Assembly: GCA_035299545.1 (NCBI GenBank)
Contig: DATGWJ010000024.1
Coordinates: forward strand, 18,150 to 82,149
Direction of reading: 5' to 3'
Origin: Minisyncoccota bacterium
GTDB taxonomy: Bacteria; Patescibacteriota; Minisyncoccia; Phycocordibacterales; UBA9973
Length of the DNA: 64,000 bases
Each line of letters opens with the position of its first letter. Position 1 is the stretch's first letter. The position numbers and the translations under genes are program-made. Below are positions 39,487 through 49,478 of the stretch, piece after piece. A model generated the notes under the pieces. The model saw only the letters and a program-made list of their open reading frames with translations, was not told the DNA's origin and did not search any database.

Positions 39487-39580
39487 TCGTTTCACTCGTT
39501 TATGTCTCCCATATTAGCATATTTATTCATAAATAAAAATTTAATTTTTACGTTCAAATATGCTAAGGTAAAAGTGTACT

Positions 39581-39669
39581 GGAGCCGTGTCGGAGTGGTC
39601 TAACGTACCTCTTTGCTAAAGAGGCAGGGAGTAAAATCCCTCGCTGGTTCGAATCCAGCCGGTTCCGCA
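39581..39669 (+). tRNA. tRNA-Ser (anticodon GCT)
   Basis: GGAGCCGTGTCGGAGTGGTCTAACGTACCTCTUUGCUAAAGAGG, long variable arm, T-arm GGTTCGAATCC, G73. A terminator follows at 39675..39700. Confidence 0.8.
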
Positions 39670-39783
39670 TATTAAAATGTCCTCTTTGGAGGATTTTTTA
39701 ATATACGGAACCAAGCTTTTGTACTTCGCAAGGAGGAATAATCAATTCTATTAAATCTAAATCTATTTTGGTATAATTTACAT

Positions 39784-40254
39784 ATGAAATCCATGAAGGG
39801 TTTTACTTTAATTGAATTATTGGTAGTTATTGCTATTATCGGAATACTTTCGACTGTTGTTATTTCTAATCTAAATGCAGCAAGAGTAAAATCTCGGGAC
39901 GCTGTACGAAAAGCAGATATGAGAACTATATATACAATGCTCGTGCAATATCAAAATGAATATGGAGGAATTCCAAGGACTAGCGTCTATGGTGATTCAA
40001 ATACAGGGGGTTGGGATTTCAGTTCTCAACCGTCAGCAGCTCCAACTTTTATGAACTTTTTAGTGACAAGTGGTATAACATCAAGGGTTCCTATAGACCC
40101 TGTAAATGATAGACTAGAAAGTAGTACAACAGGATATGCATATAGATATTATTGTTATAATGGAATAGGCCTTGCTATTGGATACACAAGCGAATTAACT
40201 GGTAACGTAGTTTATTATCCATTTTATCAAGAATCGGGGTGGACTTGTTTATAA
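39784..40254 (+). CDS. orphan type IV pilin-like protein
   Basis: MKSMKGFTLIELLVVIAIIGILSTVVISNLNAARVKSRD. A terminator follows at 40262..40282. Confidence 0.7.
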   Translation: MKSMKGFTLIELLVVIAIIGILSTVVISNLNAARVKSRDAVRKADMRTIYTMLVQYQNEYGGIPRTSVYGDSNTGGWDFSSQPSAAPTFMNFLVTSGITSRVPIDPVNDRLESSTTGYAYRYYCYNGIGLAIGYTSELTGNVVYYPFYQESGWTCL

Positions 40255-40302
40255 ACAATAAAACCCTCAACTGAGGGTTTTATTGTATTTAATATTCAAA
40301 GA

Positions 40303-40632
40303 TTAAGCAGCATTATCTTCTTCTAAATCTTGTAGATTTTTTTCTCTGAAAGCTTCAGGATCTTTATGCTCTTCACTAAGTGAAAAAGTAGCCTTTTTAT
40401 CTTGCTCCACCTCGGACAAGATTTGGTCTATCTGCTCTTTTGTTTCTTTTATAATTTTATCTGTGTAAGGTTCGTACTCACCACTTTTCATAGCTTCTTC
40501 ATTAAACCCTTGTATAGAACCTGTCTTATATTTTTCTTCAGGGTTTATTCCTTGTTTATTCTCGACATATTTTGTTGCTTCAAAAAACTTCTTCTTTTCT
40601 TCTTCGTTTTTAAAATTTGGTAATTTTTCCAT
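40303..40632 (-). CDS. acidic hypothetical protein
   Basis: 109 aa, E/K-rich, no recognisable motif. Confidence 0.35.
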   Translation of the reverse strand: MEKLPNFKNEEEKKKFFEATKYVENKQGINPEEKYKTGSIQGFNEEAMKSGEYEPYTDKIIKETKEQIDQILSEVEQDKKATFSLSEEHKDPEAFREKNLQDLEEDNAA

Positions 40633-40718
40633 ATTGGGGTAATTCTACCATAACAAAGTAGAAACGTGCAATAAAACAAAAAGCTGGTCTGATTTATAAA
40701 TCAGACCAGCAATTAATT

Positions 40719-41285
40719 TCATTCAATGAACACAGGAGTTCCTACCGGTGCTAGAGTATAAAAAACAGGAGCAATAGTAGAACTAATTCGAATGCAACCA
40801 TGAGAAGCCGGCTTACCTAGATTTCTTTCATAGGATTTATCTTTTAAGCCATGAATACCGATGCGTTCATCCGGAGTTAAGCAATTCCAGAAAGTCATTG
40901 TCCCGCCATAAGCTTTTGATAGTCGAGAGAGTCTTTTTTTAGAAATTTTAAACTCTCCTCGAGGAGTCGAATTCTTATATCTTCCGCTAGAAATTTTTGT
41001 TTGCAAAGCTATCTTAAAGGTGTCTGTAAAATCCAAGACAATTAATTCTTGTTTCGGAATACTTACAATCACAACCTTCTGTAAACCAGAAGAATTTAAA
41101 GATAAATACTTTTCAACTTTTAAAGTATCATCTCTAAAAAATTCTTGGAGAAACATACGATTATTCAGCTGTAATACAACTTTATCGTTAAGCATTGGAT
41201 CCAGCTGAGTTGCAACCTCTAAATTGAGCGGAATGAAAAATGGAAGAAAAACAATCATAAACAACCTAGTTACAGTTTTTTTCAT
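40719..41285 (-). CDS. L,D-transpeptidase (YkuD domain)
   Basis: N-terminal signal/anchor and a catalytic HG...SHGCIRI motif. Confidence 0.75.
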   Translation of the reverse strand: MKKTVTRLFMIVFLPFFIPLNLEVATQLDPMLNDKVVLQLNNRMFLQEFFRDDTLKVEKYLSLNSSGLQKVVIVSIPKQELIVLDFTDTFKIALQTKISSGRYKNSTPRGEFKISKKRLSRLSKAYGGTMTFWNCLTPDERIGIHGLKDKSYERNLGKPASHGCIRISSTIAPVFYTLAPVGTPVFIE

Positions 41286-41405
41286 ACTCTTATCTTTTTA
41301 AGAACAAGTTTGAGATTTATATTACCTCAAATCTACTAAAAAGCAAGGTGGAGTTTTGGGGACTTTCTTGCCCTAATTATATATAGTGTAGTATAATAAA
41401 GATAC

Positions 41406-41771
41406 ATGAAAAAAGTATTAATAGTAGAAGATGATAGTTTTCTGCAAGGGCTTGAGGCAAATAAGCTTGAGAAGAAATCTTTCAAAGTGATTACTGCTTC
41501 AACAGGAGAAGAAGGCTTAAATAAAATAAACGAGCCTGATATAGATTTAGTTTTACTTGACTTAATGCTTCCTAATTTCGATGGCTTTGAGATTCTTAAA
41601 AAAGTTAGAACAACTGAAAAAACAAAAGATATACCTGTTATTGTATTCTCGAACTTATCTGAAGATAGTGCTATAACCAAATCAAGAGAACTGGGGGCTA
41701 CAGACTTTATGATTAAATCAAATTTTACACTAGACGAACTCGTAGAACGAATCAACTCAATTCTTAAATAA
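41406..41771 (+). CDS. single-domain CheY-like response regulator (paralog of the pilus-locus REC)
   Basis: MKKVLIVEDDSFLQ...DLMLPNFDGFEILKKVR has the receiver consensus and no output domain. Confidence 0.75.
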   Translation: MKKVLIVEDDSFLQGLEANKLEKKSFKVITASTGEEGLNKINEPDIDLVLLDLMLPNFDGFEILKKVRTTEKTKDIPVIVFSNLSEDSAITKSRELGATDFMIKSNFTLDELVERINSILK

Positions 41772-41878
41772 ATCCACATAAAGTGGATTTATTGGTATTT
41801 TAAGTATGAAAGAACTTACCAAAACAGAGACTATCATTTTACTTATTATCTTCATAGCTATCGGCGGATTAATTCTCT

Positions 41879-44107
41879 ATGGAGAAAACAGAATTAATAA
41901 TTTTTCTCCCCTTGATTATGTATTTAAATGACAATATTGAATCTCATTTTCGGTTAGATATAAATTCCAAAAAAGCTCTCTCTAAACTCGGATTAAATAA
42001 AATTTCCGATTTGTTATACTATTTCCCTTCTCGTTACACTAGTATTAGTGAATTTCGCCACATCAATACTCTTAAAGACGGAGACCAAGCCACAATTGTG
42101 GGAGTTATTTCAAATTTAAAAACAAAAAAAGGTTTTCGAAGCAAGATTCCTATGGGTCAGGCTACGATTACAGATCTGACTGGGAAAATAAATATTGTGT
42201 GGTTTCATCAACCGTATCTAGCAAAAATGCTTAAGGAAGGAACGACAGTAAGAGTGACAGGTAAAGTATCTGAAAGCAAGAGCTATGGATTAACTCTTAC
42301 AAACCCAGAAATAAACAAAGAGGACATATTGCCTATTGATCTAAACGATTCACTATTCAAACAAAAAGAAGAACTAGGAAATCATTACGGTTTCCCTGTT
42401 TACCCTGAATCTAAAGGTGTCTCTTCTAAATGGATTTATCATACAATTGGGAAAATTCTAAAAAATGAAGAAGTTAAAAATATTGAAGATTATTTAAATA
42501 AAGATATTTTAGAAAAATATAAACTGCCAAGTTTATATGCCGCCCTTGTCTGGATACACAGACCCGAGAAGAAAGAGCATGCCGAGATTGCTAGGAAAAG
42601 ATTCGCCTTCGAAGAAGTTTTCTTCATCCAGCTTGCTCGCCAACAAGAAAGAAAAAAATTCGATAAATTATTTTCTTATAAACTTACAGTTAAAGATAAC
42701 GATATAAAAGATTTCGTATCGCGTTTCCCTTTTGCTCCTACACAAGCTCAAGAAAATGCAATAAAAACAATTTTGGAAGATCTTAAAAAAGATAAACCAA
42801 TGTCTCGACTTGTCGAAGGAGACGTAGGTAGTGGGAAAACATTTGTTGCTGCGACTGTTTCTTATGCAGTGATTAAGAATAGACCAGTGGGTCAAGATTT
42901 CGGCAATTTGCAAGTGGCTTATATGGCTCCAACAGAAGTTCTCGCCACTCAATTATTTGAAAATTTTATAAAATATTTTGATCATACTGGCATATCTATC
43001 GCCCTTATCACTTCTAGTGGTTGTCGAAAATTCCCAAGCAAAAGTGCTGCATGGGAGAATGGCAAACAAATAAGAACATGGACAAGTATTGCAAGGAATC
43101 AACTTTTAAAATGGATTAAGAATGGGGAGATTCCGATAGTGATAGGCACGCACTCACTGATATCAAAATCGGTGGAATTTGAAGATTTAGGTTTAGTTAT
43201 TATAGATGAACAGCACCGATTCGGCACCAATCAAAGAATGAAGTTAGCAAAGAAAGAAGGCCATTCACCTCATTATCTTTCTATGACAGCTACCCCTATT
43301 CCTAGAACACTTGCTCTTACTATATATGGCGACCTCGACCTTTCTATTATCGACCAGATGCCCGAAGGACGTAAAAAAGTTATTACAGAAATTGTCGGCG
43401 AAAATAAAAGAGATGAAGCTTATGAAAAAATAAAAGAAGAGTTAAAACAAGGTAGGCAACTTTATGTTATTTGCCCAAAGATAGATGAAGAATTGGATGA
43501 AGAAGACAAAATAAAACTCGACGTGAAGTCAGTGACTAGCGAAGCTAAGCGATTAAAAAAGGAAGTGTTCCCAGAATACAACATTGAAATAATGCACAGC
43601 AAGATGACGAAGCAAATGAAAGAAAAAGTAATGAAAGATTTTGCTGAGAAGAAAATTGATATACTCGTCTCCACCTCCGTCATAGAAGTCGGAGTAAATA
43701 TCCCAAATGCGACAGTAATAGTAATAGAAGGAGCAGAAAGATTTGGATTAGCTCAACTACACCAACTTCGTGGACGAGTTATCCGCTCTACTCATCAATC
43801 ATATTGCTATTTATTTGCAAACGCAAAAACGGATAAGACCACAGACAGACTGAAAGCTCTCACAAAAGCAGCCAACGGATTCGAACTTGCAGAACTCGAC
43901 CTATCGCTTCGCGGAGCAGGATTGCTTGGTGGCGACAAACAATGGGGTATCTCAGACCTCGGAATGGAAGCACTGAAGAATATAAAAATGGTAGAAGCTG
44001 CACGAAGCGAAGCGATATCTATAATAGAGAAAGATATAGATTTGAAATCTTATCCCCTACTATCAAACACCCTAAAATCAAAAAACTACAAATTGCATTT
44101 TGAGTAG
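41879..44107 (+). CDS. recG: ATP-dependent DNA helicase RecG (possible later start at 41918)
   Basis: Wedge/OB N-domain followed by DEAH-box helicase motifs (GDVGSGKT, DEQHRFG, helicase C). Confidence 0.85.
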   Translation: MEKTELIIFLPLIMYLNDNIESHFRLDINSKKALSKLGLNKISDLLYYFPSRYTSISEFRHINTLKDGDQATIVGVISNLKTKKGFRSKIPMGQATITDLTGKINIVWFHQPYLAKMLKEGTTVRVTGKVSESKSYGLTLTNPEINKEDILPIDLNDSLFKQKEELGNHYGFPVYPESKGVSSKWIYHTIGKILKNEEVKNIEDYLNKDILEKYKLPSLYAALVWIHRPEKKEHAEIARKRFAFEEVFFIQLARQQERKKFDKLFSYKLTVKDNDIKDFVSRFPFAPTQAQENAIKTILEDLKKDKPMSRLVEGDVGSGKTFVAATVSYAVIKNRPVGQDFGNLQVAYMAPTEVLATQLFENFIKYFDHTGISIALITSSGCRKFPSKSAAWENGKQIRTWTSIARNQLLKWIKNGEIPIVIGTHSLISKSVEFEDLGLVIIDEQHRFGTNQRMKLAKKEGHSPHYLSMTATPIPRTLALTIYGDLDLSIIDQMPEGRKKVITEIVGENKRDEAYEKIKEELKQGRQLYVICPKIDEELDEEDKIKLDVKSVTSEAKRLKKEVFPEYNIEIMHSKMTKQMKEKVMKDFAEKKIDILVSTSVIEVGVNIPNATVIVIEGAERFGLAQLHQLRGRVIRSTHQSYCYLFANAKTDKTTDRLKALTKAANGFELAELDLSLRGAGLLGGDKQWGISDLGMEALKNIKMVEAARSEAISIIEKDIDLKSYPLLSNTLKSKNYKLHFE

Positions 44108-44111
44108 AAAA

Positions 44112-44546
44112 TTATTTTATGTATTTTACTGTTTCTTTTTCAAAACAATCATTAATATCTTGATATTTTTCTAAAGAAATCAAAAGTTCACATTTATTAG
44201 TGATACTGTCAGTTATTCTTTCTACAGATAAGGAAACAAAAATAATATTAAAAATAAAAGAAAAAATAACTATAGTTGTTGATAAAAATAAAATCCAAAA
44301 TACTGTAATGGCATGATTAAAATATAAATAAGTATTATTATTTTTATTTCTAATAAAATACAGACCCTTAGATATTAAATAAGCTGCCAAAATAATAGTG
44401 AATAAGATCGGTAAGAAAAAGTAATTACCGTTATCAACAATGTATATAGCAATAAACATCCCAGTAATTATCTGAATTATATTAGGAATTTCTGTAAAAA
44501 GAAATTCGAATATGTATATTTTTAGGATTTTAAAAAAATAAGCCAT
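44112..44546 (-). CDS. polytopic membrane protein, hypothetical
   Basis: 144 aa and very hydrophobic. Its start lies 5 nt from the tRNA-Ile 3' end. Confidence 0.4.
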   Translation of the reverse strand: MAYFFKILKIYIFEFLFTEIPNIIQIITGMFIAIYIVDNGNYFFLPILFTIILAAYLISKGLYFIRNKNNNTYLYFNHAITVFWILFLSTTIVIFSFIFNIIFVSLSVERITDSITNKCELLISLEKYQDINDCFEKETVKYIK

Positions 44547-44550
44547 TTAT

Positions 44551-44625
44551 TGTCCGCCTTCTAGGACTCGAACCTAGGACCTGGCGCGTATAAGGCGCTC
44601 GCTCTACCAACTGAGCTAAAGGCGG
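44551..44625 (-). tRNA. tRNA-Ile (anticodon TAT)
   Basis: CCGCCTTTAGCTCAGTTGGTAGAGCG-AGCGC-CUUAUAC-GCGCC-AGGTCCTAGGTTCGAGTCCTAGAAGGCGGACA. Confidence 0.65.
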
Positions 44626-44661
44626 ATTGGTTATAGAACATATTACATAAAAAATCTTTTA

Positions 44662-44700
44662 TTTGCAAACGTAAATAGCCCTATACCGGGTATAGGGCTA
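44662..44700 (-). terminator. terminator after ftsH
   Basis: AAATAGCCCTATACCGGGTATAGGGCTATTT. Confidence 0.6.
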
Positions 44701-44704
44701 TTTC

Positions 44705-46633
44705 TTATGCATTTACTATCGTATCTTTTTTCTTTGGAATTATTCCATTGGCAGTTATAAGTTCGTTGTATTCTTTCTGTTCTAGAGTTTCCACTTCAAT
44801 TAACTTCATAGCTATTGCTTCAAGAACTTTATTTTTCTCTGTAAGAATCTTTCTTGCTAAGGCAAGTGAGTTATTCATAATTTTCGAAACCTCAGCATCA
44901 ATAAGTGAGCTTACTTTCTCGGAATATTCTTTATCATTCATACCTTGCCCATACATTACTTGCCCGCCATCATTCTCAAGAGCGATAGGGCCTATCTCTT
45001 CACTCATTCCCCATCGTGTAACCATCGCACGTGCGAGGCCTGTGGCCACTTGGAGGTCGTTCGAAGGTCCAGTGGTGATATCTCCAAATGTCATTTCTTC
45101 TGCCACGTATCCACCGAGTGACATTGTGATATCATCGAGAAACTCTTTTTTACTTTGTAAACGACGTTCTACGAGTGGAAGCTTGAGTGTGTAACCACCA
45201 GCACGTCCACGAGAAACAATCGAAACTTTATGCACTGGGTCAGCATGAGGTAATGTCGAAGCTAGAAGTGCATGACCTGCTTCATGATAAGCTGTAATTT
45301 CTTTTTCTTTCTTTGAAAGCAAATGACTCTTGCGCTCAGGGCCCATCATTACTTTTTCTATAGAACGAATGAGGTCGTATTGAGCCACTTTCTTGCGATC
45401 TTCACGAGCAGCAAGTATAGCTCCTTCATTCATAAGGGAGTAAAGATCAGCACCAGAGAAACCTGGAGTTCTTTCCGCTACAACTTTCAAATCAACATCT
45501 TCTGCAAATGGTTTCTTTCTTGCATGAATTTTCAAAATTTCTTCACGATCTAATCTATCTGGTAAATCAAGCATTACTCTTCTATCAAAGCGCCCTGGGC
45601 GAAGAAGTGCTGGGTCAAGAACATCACCTCTGTTTGTCGCTGCCATCACTATCACTTTTTCATTTGGTTCGAAACCGTCCATCTCCACAAGAATCTGATT
45701 CAATGTTTGCTCGCGTTCATCGTTACCACCACCTACTCCTGTCCCTCTAACTCTACCAACTGCGTCTATCTCATCGATGAAAACTATAGAAGGTGCTGCG
45801 CGCTTCGCCATCTTGAATAAATCACGCACACGAGATGCACCAACTCCGACGAACATTTCGACGAATTCTGAACCTGATAAATGAAAGAATGGCACAGACG
45901 CTTCTCCGGCGACAGCACGAGCAAGTAATGTCTTCCCTGTGCCTGGAGAACCAGTAAGGAGAACTCCTTTCGGAATACGAGCTCCGATGTCTAGGAATTT
46001 TTTAGGATTTCTTAAGAAATCAACAATCTCTTTTAATTCTTCTTTTGCTTCTCTTGCTCCAGCTACATCTTTAAATGTAACTTTATTATTTTTATCACTT
46101 GGGTCAGTGATACGAGCTTTTGATTGTCCGAAAGTGAAAGCTTGCATACCTTGCCCTTTCACCTGACGAGTAAGCATCCAGATAAAGAAAGCAATCAATA
46201 ATACAGGAAGAAGAAACGGAAGAATGTTGAGCAACCAATATCCGAAACCTGATTCATCTTTTATCTCTATTGGAGTACGAGCAAGCTCTTCTTTTGTTAC
46301 TCCATAATTGGAGAGTGTTTCAGAAAGAGAACTTTCAATTTCTTTTTTTGCTTTACCTTTTGTGCCATCTTTGAAAATGACATTCACTTCATTACCAGAT
46401 ACTTTTATATTCTCTATTGTCCCCGCTGTCACATCGTGTGCGACATCTGAAATCGTAAGCTCTTTAATATCTTCTGATGGTTTTACTAAGAAAGTGTAGA
46501 GAATTGTAATACTAGCAAATATAAAAATTGCGATAATAATCTGATTAATAATATTGGGAGTTTTAGGTGCTTTTAGGTGTTTCGGTATTTTAGGTTGATT
46601 TTTTGTATTCTTTTCCATAATCCGATTATACAC
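44705..46633 (-). CDS. ftsH: ATP-dependent zinc metalloprotease FtsH
   Basis: Two TM helices, AAA+ Walker [12 protein letters not shown] and Zn-binding HEAGH. Confidence 0.95.
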   Translation of the reverse strand: MYNRIMEKNTKNQPKIPKHLKAPKTPNIINQIIIAIFIFASITILYTFLVKPSEDIKELTISDVAHDVTAGTIENIKVSGNEVNVIFKDGTKGKAKKEIESSLSETLSNYGVTKEELARTPIEIKDESGFGYWLLNILPFLLPVLLIAFFIWMLTRQVKGQGMQAFTFGQSKARITDPSDKNNKVTFKDVAGAREAKEELKEIVDFLRNPKKFLDIGARIPKGVLLTGSPGTGKTLLARAVAGEASVPFFHLSGSEFVEMFVGVGASRVRDLFKMAKRAAPSIVFIDEIDAVGRVRGTGVGGGNDEREQTLNQILVEMDGFEPNEKVIVMAATNRGDVLDPALLRPGRFDRRVMLDLPDRLDREEILKIHARKKPFAEDVDLKVVAERTPGFSGADLYSLMNEGAILAAREDRKKVAQYDLIRSIEKVMMGPERKSHLLSKKEKEITAYHEAGHALLASTLPHADPVHKVSIVSRGRAGGYTLKLPLVERRLQSKKEFLDDITMSLGGYVAEEMTFGDITTGPSNDLQVATGLARAMVTRWGMSEEIGPIALENDGGQVMYGQGMNDKEYSEKVSSLIDAEVSKIMNNSLALARKILTEKNKVLEAIAMKLIEVETLEQKEYNELITANGIIPKKKDTIVNA

Positions 46634-46734
46634 TAAAAATTAAACCTCCCCAAAACTCATCCTTATCAAAACACAAACAATAAAAATGAATAAATTATGA
46701 ATTTAATGCATTTCTATGATAAAGAATATGTAAG

Positions 46735-49458
46735 TTAATACGCAGAATACTTTGAATTAAGATAATCCATTATTGCTTGTTCATTTTCTGCACTTTCATT
46801 AGCTCCTCTTATTATCATCTCTTTAAATGATCCCGTGAATTCTTCATTTCCTTGGTATATATGGCTTAAACTTCCTACACCTGCATCAACGGTTGAAGAT
46901 GGAGTATTGTTGTCTGTTTGTATAAATGTATTTGCTCCATCTACAACAATTTTAACAATAACCCATTCGTTATCTGTAAACGAAGAAGTATAACTTCGAG
47001 TATTTCCATTTGTTATAATATTAAGAATACCAGCACCATTCCCAACCTTTAAGTCTAAAGCAGGGTAAAAACCTGAAATTGTTCTAAAGTAAGAATTCGC
47101 GTCTATTCTTATAACTTCATATATAGTAAAAGGTTGTGATAAAGTCATACCTACATCCAATTGATCATTACCATCAAATGTTATTGTATTATTAGAAAAC
47201 GATGGCTGATTAGAAGCCCTATTTTCTGTTAAATTTCTATTATTAGTCGATGAATCCGCCAAAGAAGAAACTCCTGTGCCCATAGTTATATTATCAGACT
47301 CAGCAACCCACCATCCTTCTGTTAAACCGTCAGTCGTCAAAAAAGAAGGAGCTAGATTTAATTGCCCAGATAAGGTAAGAGCATATTCGCCATAAACAGC
47401 AGATCCATCATTAGCAGTAGCACGGACAGTAACAGTTCCATCTGATACAGCAGTAACAAGACCAGTAGAGGAATTAATTGTAGCTTGACCAGTTCCATTT
47501 ATTACCGACCACACCACAGTTTTATCTGTTGCATTAGCAGGTAGGACCGTTGCACTCATCTGTAATGTGCCATCATCTTGTGTAATAGTAGTAGCATTAC
47601 CTGCTGCAGATAAAGTAATACTAGTTACTGGAACAGTAACAACATCTCCTCCATCCCAGCCTGCAATACGAGCCATCAACCACCATTGAGCTTTAGCTAA
47701 TCTTACTGCTCCAGCACTACTAATATGACCAATATCTCCTGCTCCTAAATTCGTTGCAGTTATTACTGGATAGACGTGACCATTCCATGTTGCTGTCGTT
47801 AAAGAGTTATTATCGTCATAAGATAATATATCAGCATAATCAAATAATATTCTTGTAGAATCATTTTCTACATAGTTTCTAATATATTCATTTTTTAAAT
47901 ATGCTTGGTAACCTGCTTCACCAGAAGCGGAATAATTATCTACGGGCCCTGTAGTGAAAACTACTTTAGTCCCGTAATTATTAGTATCTACATAATTTAT
48001 GTAATCTTCGGTTGCTGCTAAATATGTGTCCATACTAACACTATTATTTGTAATAGCTGAATCTGCCGAATTAAGACCCCAAGGAAGATTCCCATTTGGA
48101 CCTCCTACTGTTTCTCCATACCAATGATTCCCTGTAACAGGATCTACTCCTGATGTTGGTCCTTGAAATGACATATCCCAACACCAAGCAAAACCTACAA
48201 CATCGACGGGATTGTTCGCATTAAATTGAGCATCTAAATAATCAGTTAAAAAAGTTCTTTCCGCAGGCATAGAACCTATATCATAGGCTTTCCATGTAAA
48301 CCATTCTTCTTCACCAAGACCAGAAACTAAACCAGCAGATCGAAGATGAGCATCATCTACATGCGCTGGAAAACCCCACTGGGTTGTAGAATCATATGTT
48401 GGATTAATGGCCTCTAAATCTAACAGACCTTGCCTATAAGCAGCAGAGTGAGATTCACCTGGAAACCATACTAATTTCTTCTTAACTTCATTAAGATATA
48501 CTTCTGGAATGTCATCATATCTATCAACAATAGTATGATCAGCTATTATTTGAGTACTCACGACTGGAGTATCTTGAACACAAGTATTACCACTAATACT
48601 ATAACCATTATCACATGATGAGACTGTGCATGATCCATAAGATGACCAGGAACCAAGATTACAAGTTCTGGTCTGGGTGCCAGTACCATTAGTGATAGCA
48701 CATGATTGAGTAGCTGAACCAGAACAAGTAAGAGCAGAACAGGCATTCCCACTAATTTCATAACCAGTATCACAAGAAGACACTGTGCACATATTATAAG
48801 ATGACCATACACCATTTGTACAAGTTCTAGTTTGACTTCCAGTTCCATTTGAAATTGAGCATGACTGAGAAGTAGAACCTGAACAAGTAGGAGATGACGA
48901 GGAAGATGAACCTCCTCCCCCACCACCCCCTCCACTTTTTTTAACTATGGGAGCAACTGTTGTATTATTACACTTTTGACCTGTGATTGGACTAAAAAGA
49001 GTCGAAGTTGTACAACCACTAGGTAGAGACGGAACAACACTGCAAGATTTACCTGTGTATACATTATAGAGTCCTCCTGATATACAACCATTATTAGTAA
49101 TGGTATTAGATGGTGTATTTGTTGGAGTTGTTGTTGGAGTTATAGTTGTGATACCAGCTTGAGATGATTCTAGAGCACTACGAGTGATAGGTCCTACCTT
49201 ACCGTCTGGTACTAGACCTTTACCCTCTTGGAATGATTGGATGGCTTGTATTGTTTTCTTTCCTATTACTCCGTCTACCACTAGATTGGGAGATGGGTTT
49301 AATACCCTATTTAGTACTACCTGTATGTTGATGCGTTCCTCGAGGGTGTCGATTTTGGTGGGGAAAGAGATTAAAGCATTTGATGTTAAAGGTAATATAA
49401 ATGCAAGAAATAGATAAAATATTAAACTTTTTTTACCGCTAATAATTTTTTTTAACAT
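46735..49458 (-). CDS. large secreted modular protein: peptidoglycan-binding domain, T/S-rich linker, two Cys-knot repeats, central unknown domain, BIG2 (bacterial Ig-like) domain, C-terminal LamG
   Basis: Signal peptide, a PG_binding_1-like segment (DGVIGKKTIQAIQSFQEGKGLVPDGKVGPITRSAL), a G8S6 run, two ~50-aa CSGS.TQSC.I.NGTG.QTR.C repeats, BIG2 (LPANATDKTVVWSV) and a LamG-like C-terminus. Confidence 0.7.
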   Translation of the reverse strand: MLKKIISGKKSLIFYLFLAFILPLTSNALISFPTKIDTLEERINIQVVLNRVLNPSPNLVVDGVIGKKTIQAIQSFQEGKGLVPDGKVGPITRSALESSQAGITTITPTTTPTNTPSNTITNNGCISGGLYNVYTGKSCSVVPSLPSGCTTSTLFSPITGQKCNNTTVAPIVKKSGGGGGGGGSSSSSSPTCSGSTSQSCSISNGTGSQTRTCTNGVWSSYNMCTVSSCDTGYEISGNACSALTCSGSATQSCAITNGTGTQTRTCNLGSWSSYGSCTVSSCDNGYSISGNTCVQDTPVVSTQIIADHTIVDRYDDIPEVYLNEVKKKLVWFPGESHSAAYRQGLLDLEAINPTYDSTTQWGFPAHVDDAHLRSAGLVSGLGEEEWFTWKAYDIGSMPAERTFLTDYLDAQFNANNPVDVVGFAWCWDMSFQGPTSGVDPVTGNHWYGETVGGPNGNLPWGLNSADSAITNNSVSMDTYLAATEDYINYVDTNNYGTKVVFTTGPVDNYSASGEAGYQAYLKNEYIRNYVENDSTRILFDYADILSYDDNNSLTTATWNGHVYPVITATNLGAGDIGHISSAGAVRLAKAQWWLMARIAGWDGGDVVTVPVTSITLSAAGNATTITQDDGTLQMSATVLPANATDKTVVWSVINGTGQATINSSTGLVTAVSDGTVTVRATANDGSAVYGEYALTLSGQLNLAPSFLTTDGLTEGWWVAESDNITMGTGVSSLADSSTNNRNLTENRASNQPSFSNNTITFDGNDQLDVGMTLSQPFTIYEVIRIDANSYFRTISGFYPALDLKVGNGAGILNIITNGNTRSYTSSFTDNEWVIVKIVVDGANTFIQTDNNTPSSTVDAGVGSLSHIYQGNEEFTGSFKEMIIRGANESAENEQAIMDYLNSKYSAY

Positions 49459-49478
49459 AATTTATCAATAAATATTTA

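Noticed and set aside
41336-41779. 147-aa minus-strand ORF
   Set aside because: It is antisense to the well-supported response-regulator gene 41406..41771 and has a low-complexity Ser/Leu-rich translation.
48880-48960. GC-rich poly-purine/pyrimidine tract (…CCTCCTCCCCCACCACCCCCTCC…), and similarly at 51130..51185
   Set aside because: These are coding sequence for the Gly/Ser linker runs in the two large secreted proteins, not a separate DNA element. Slipped-strand length variation there is possible but speculative.
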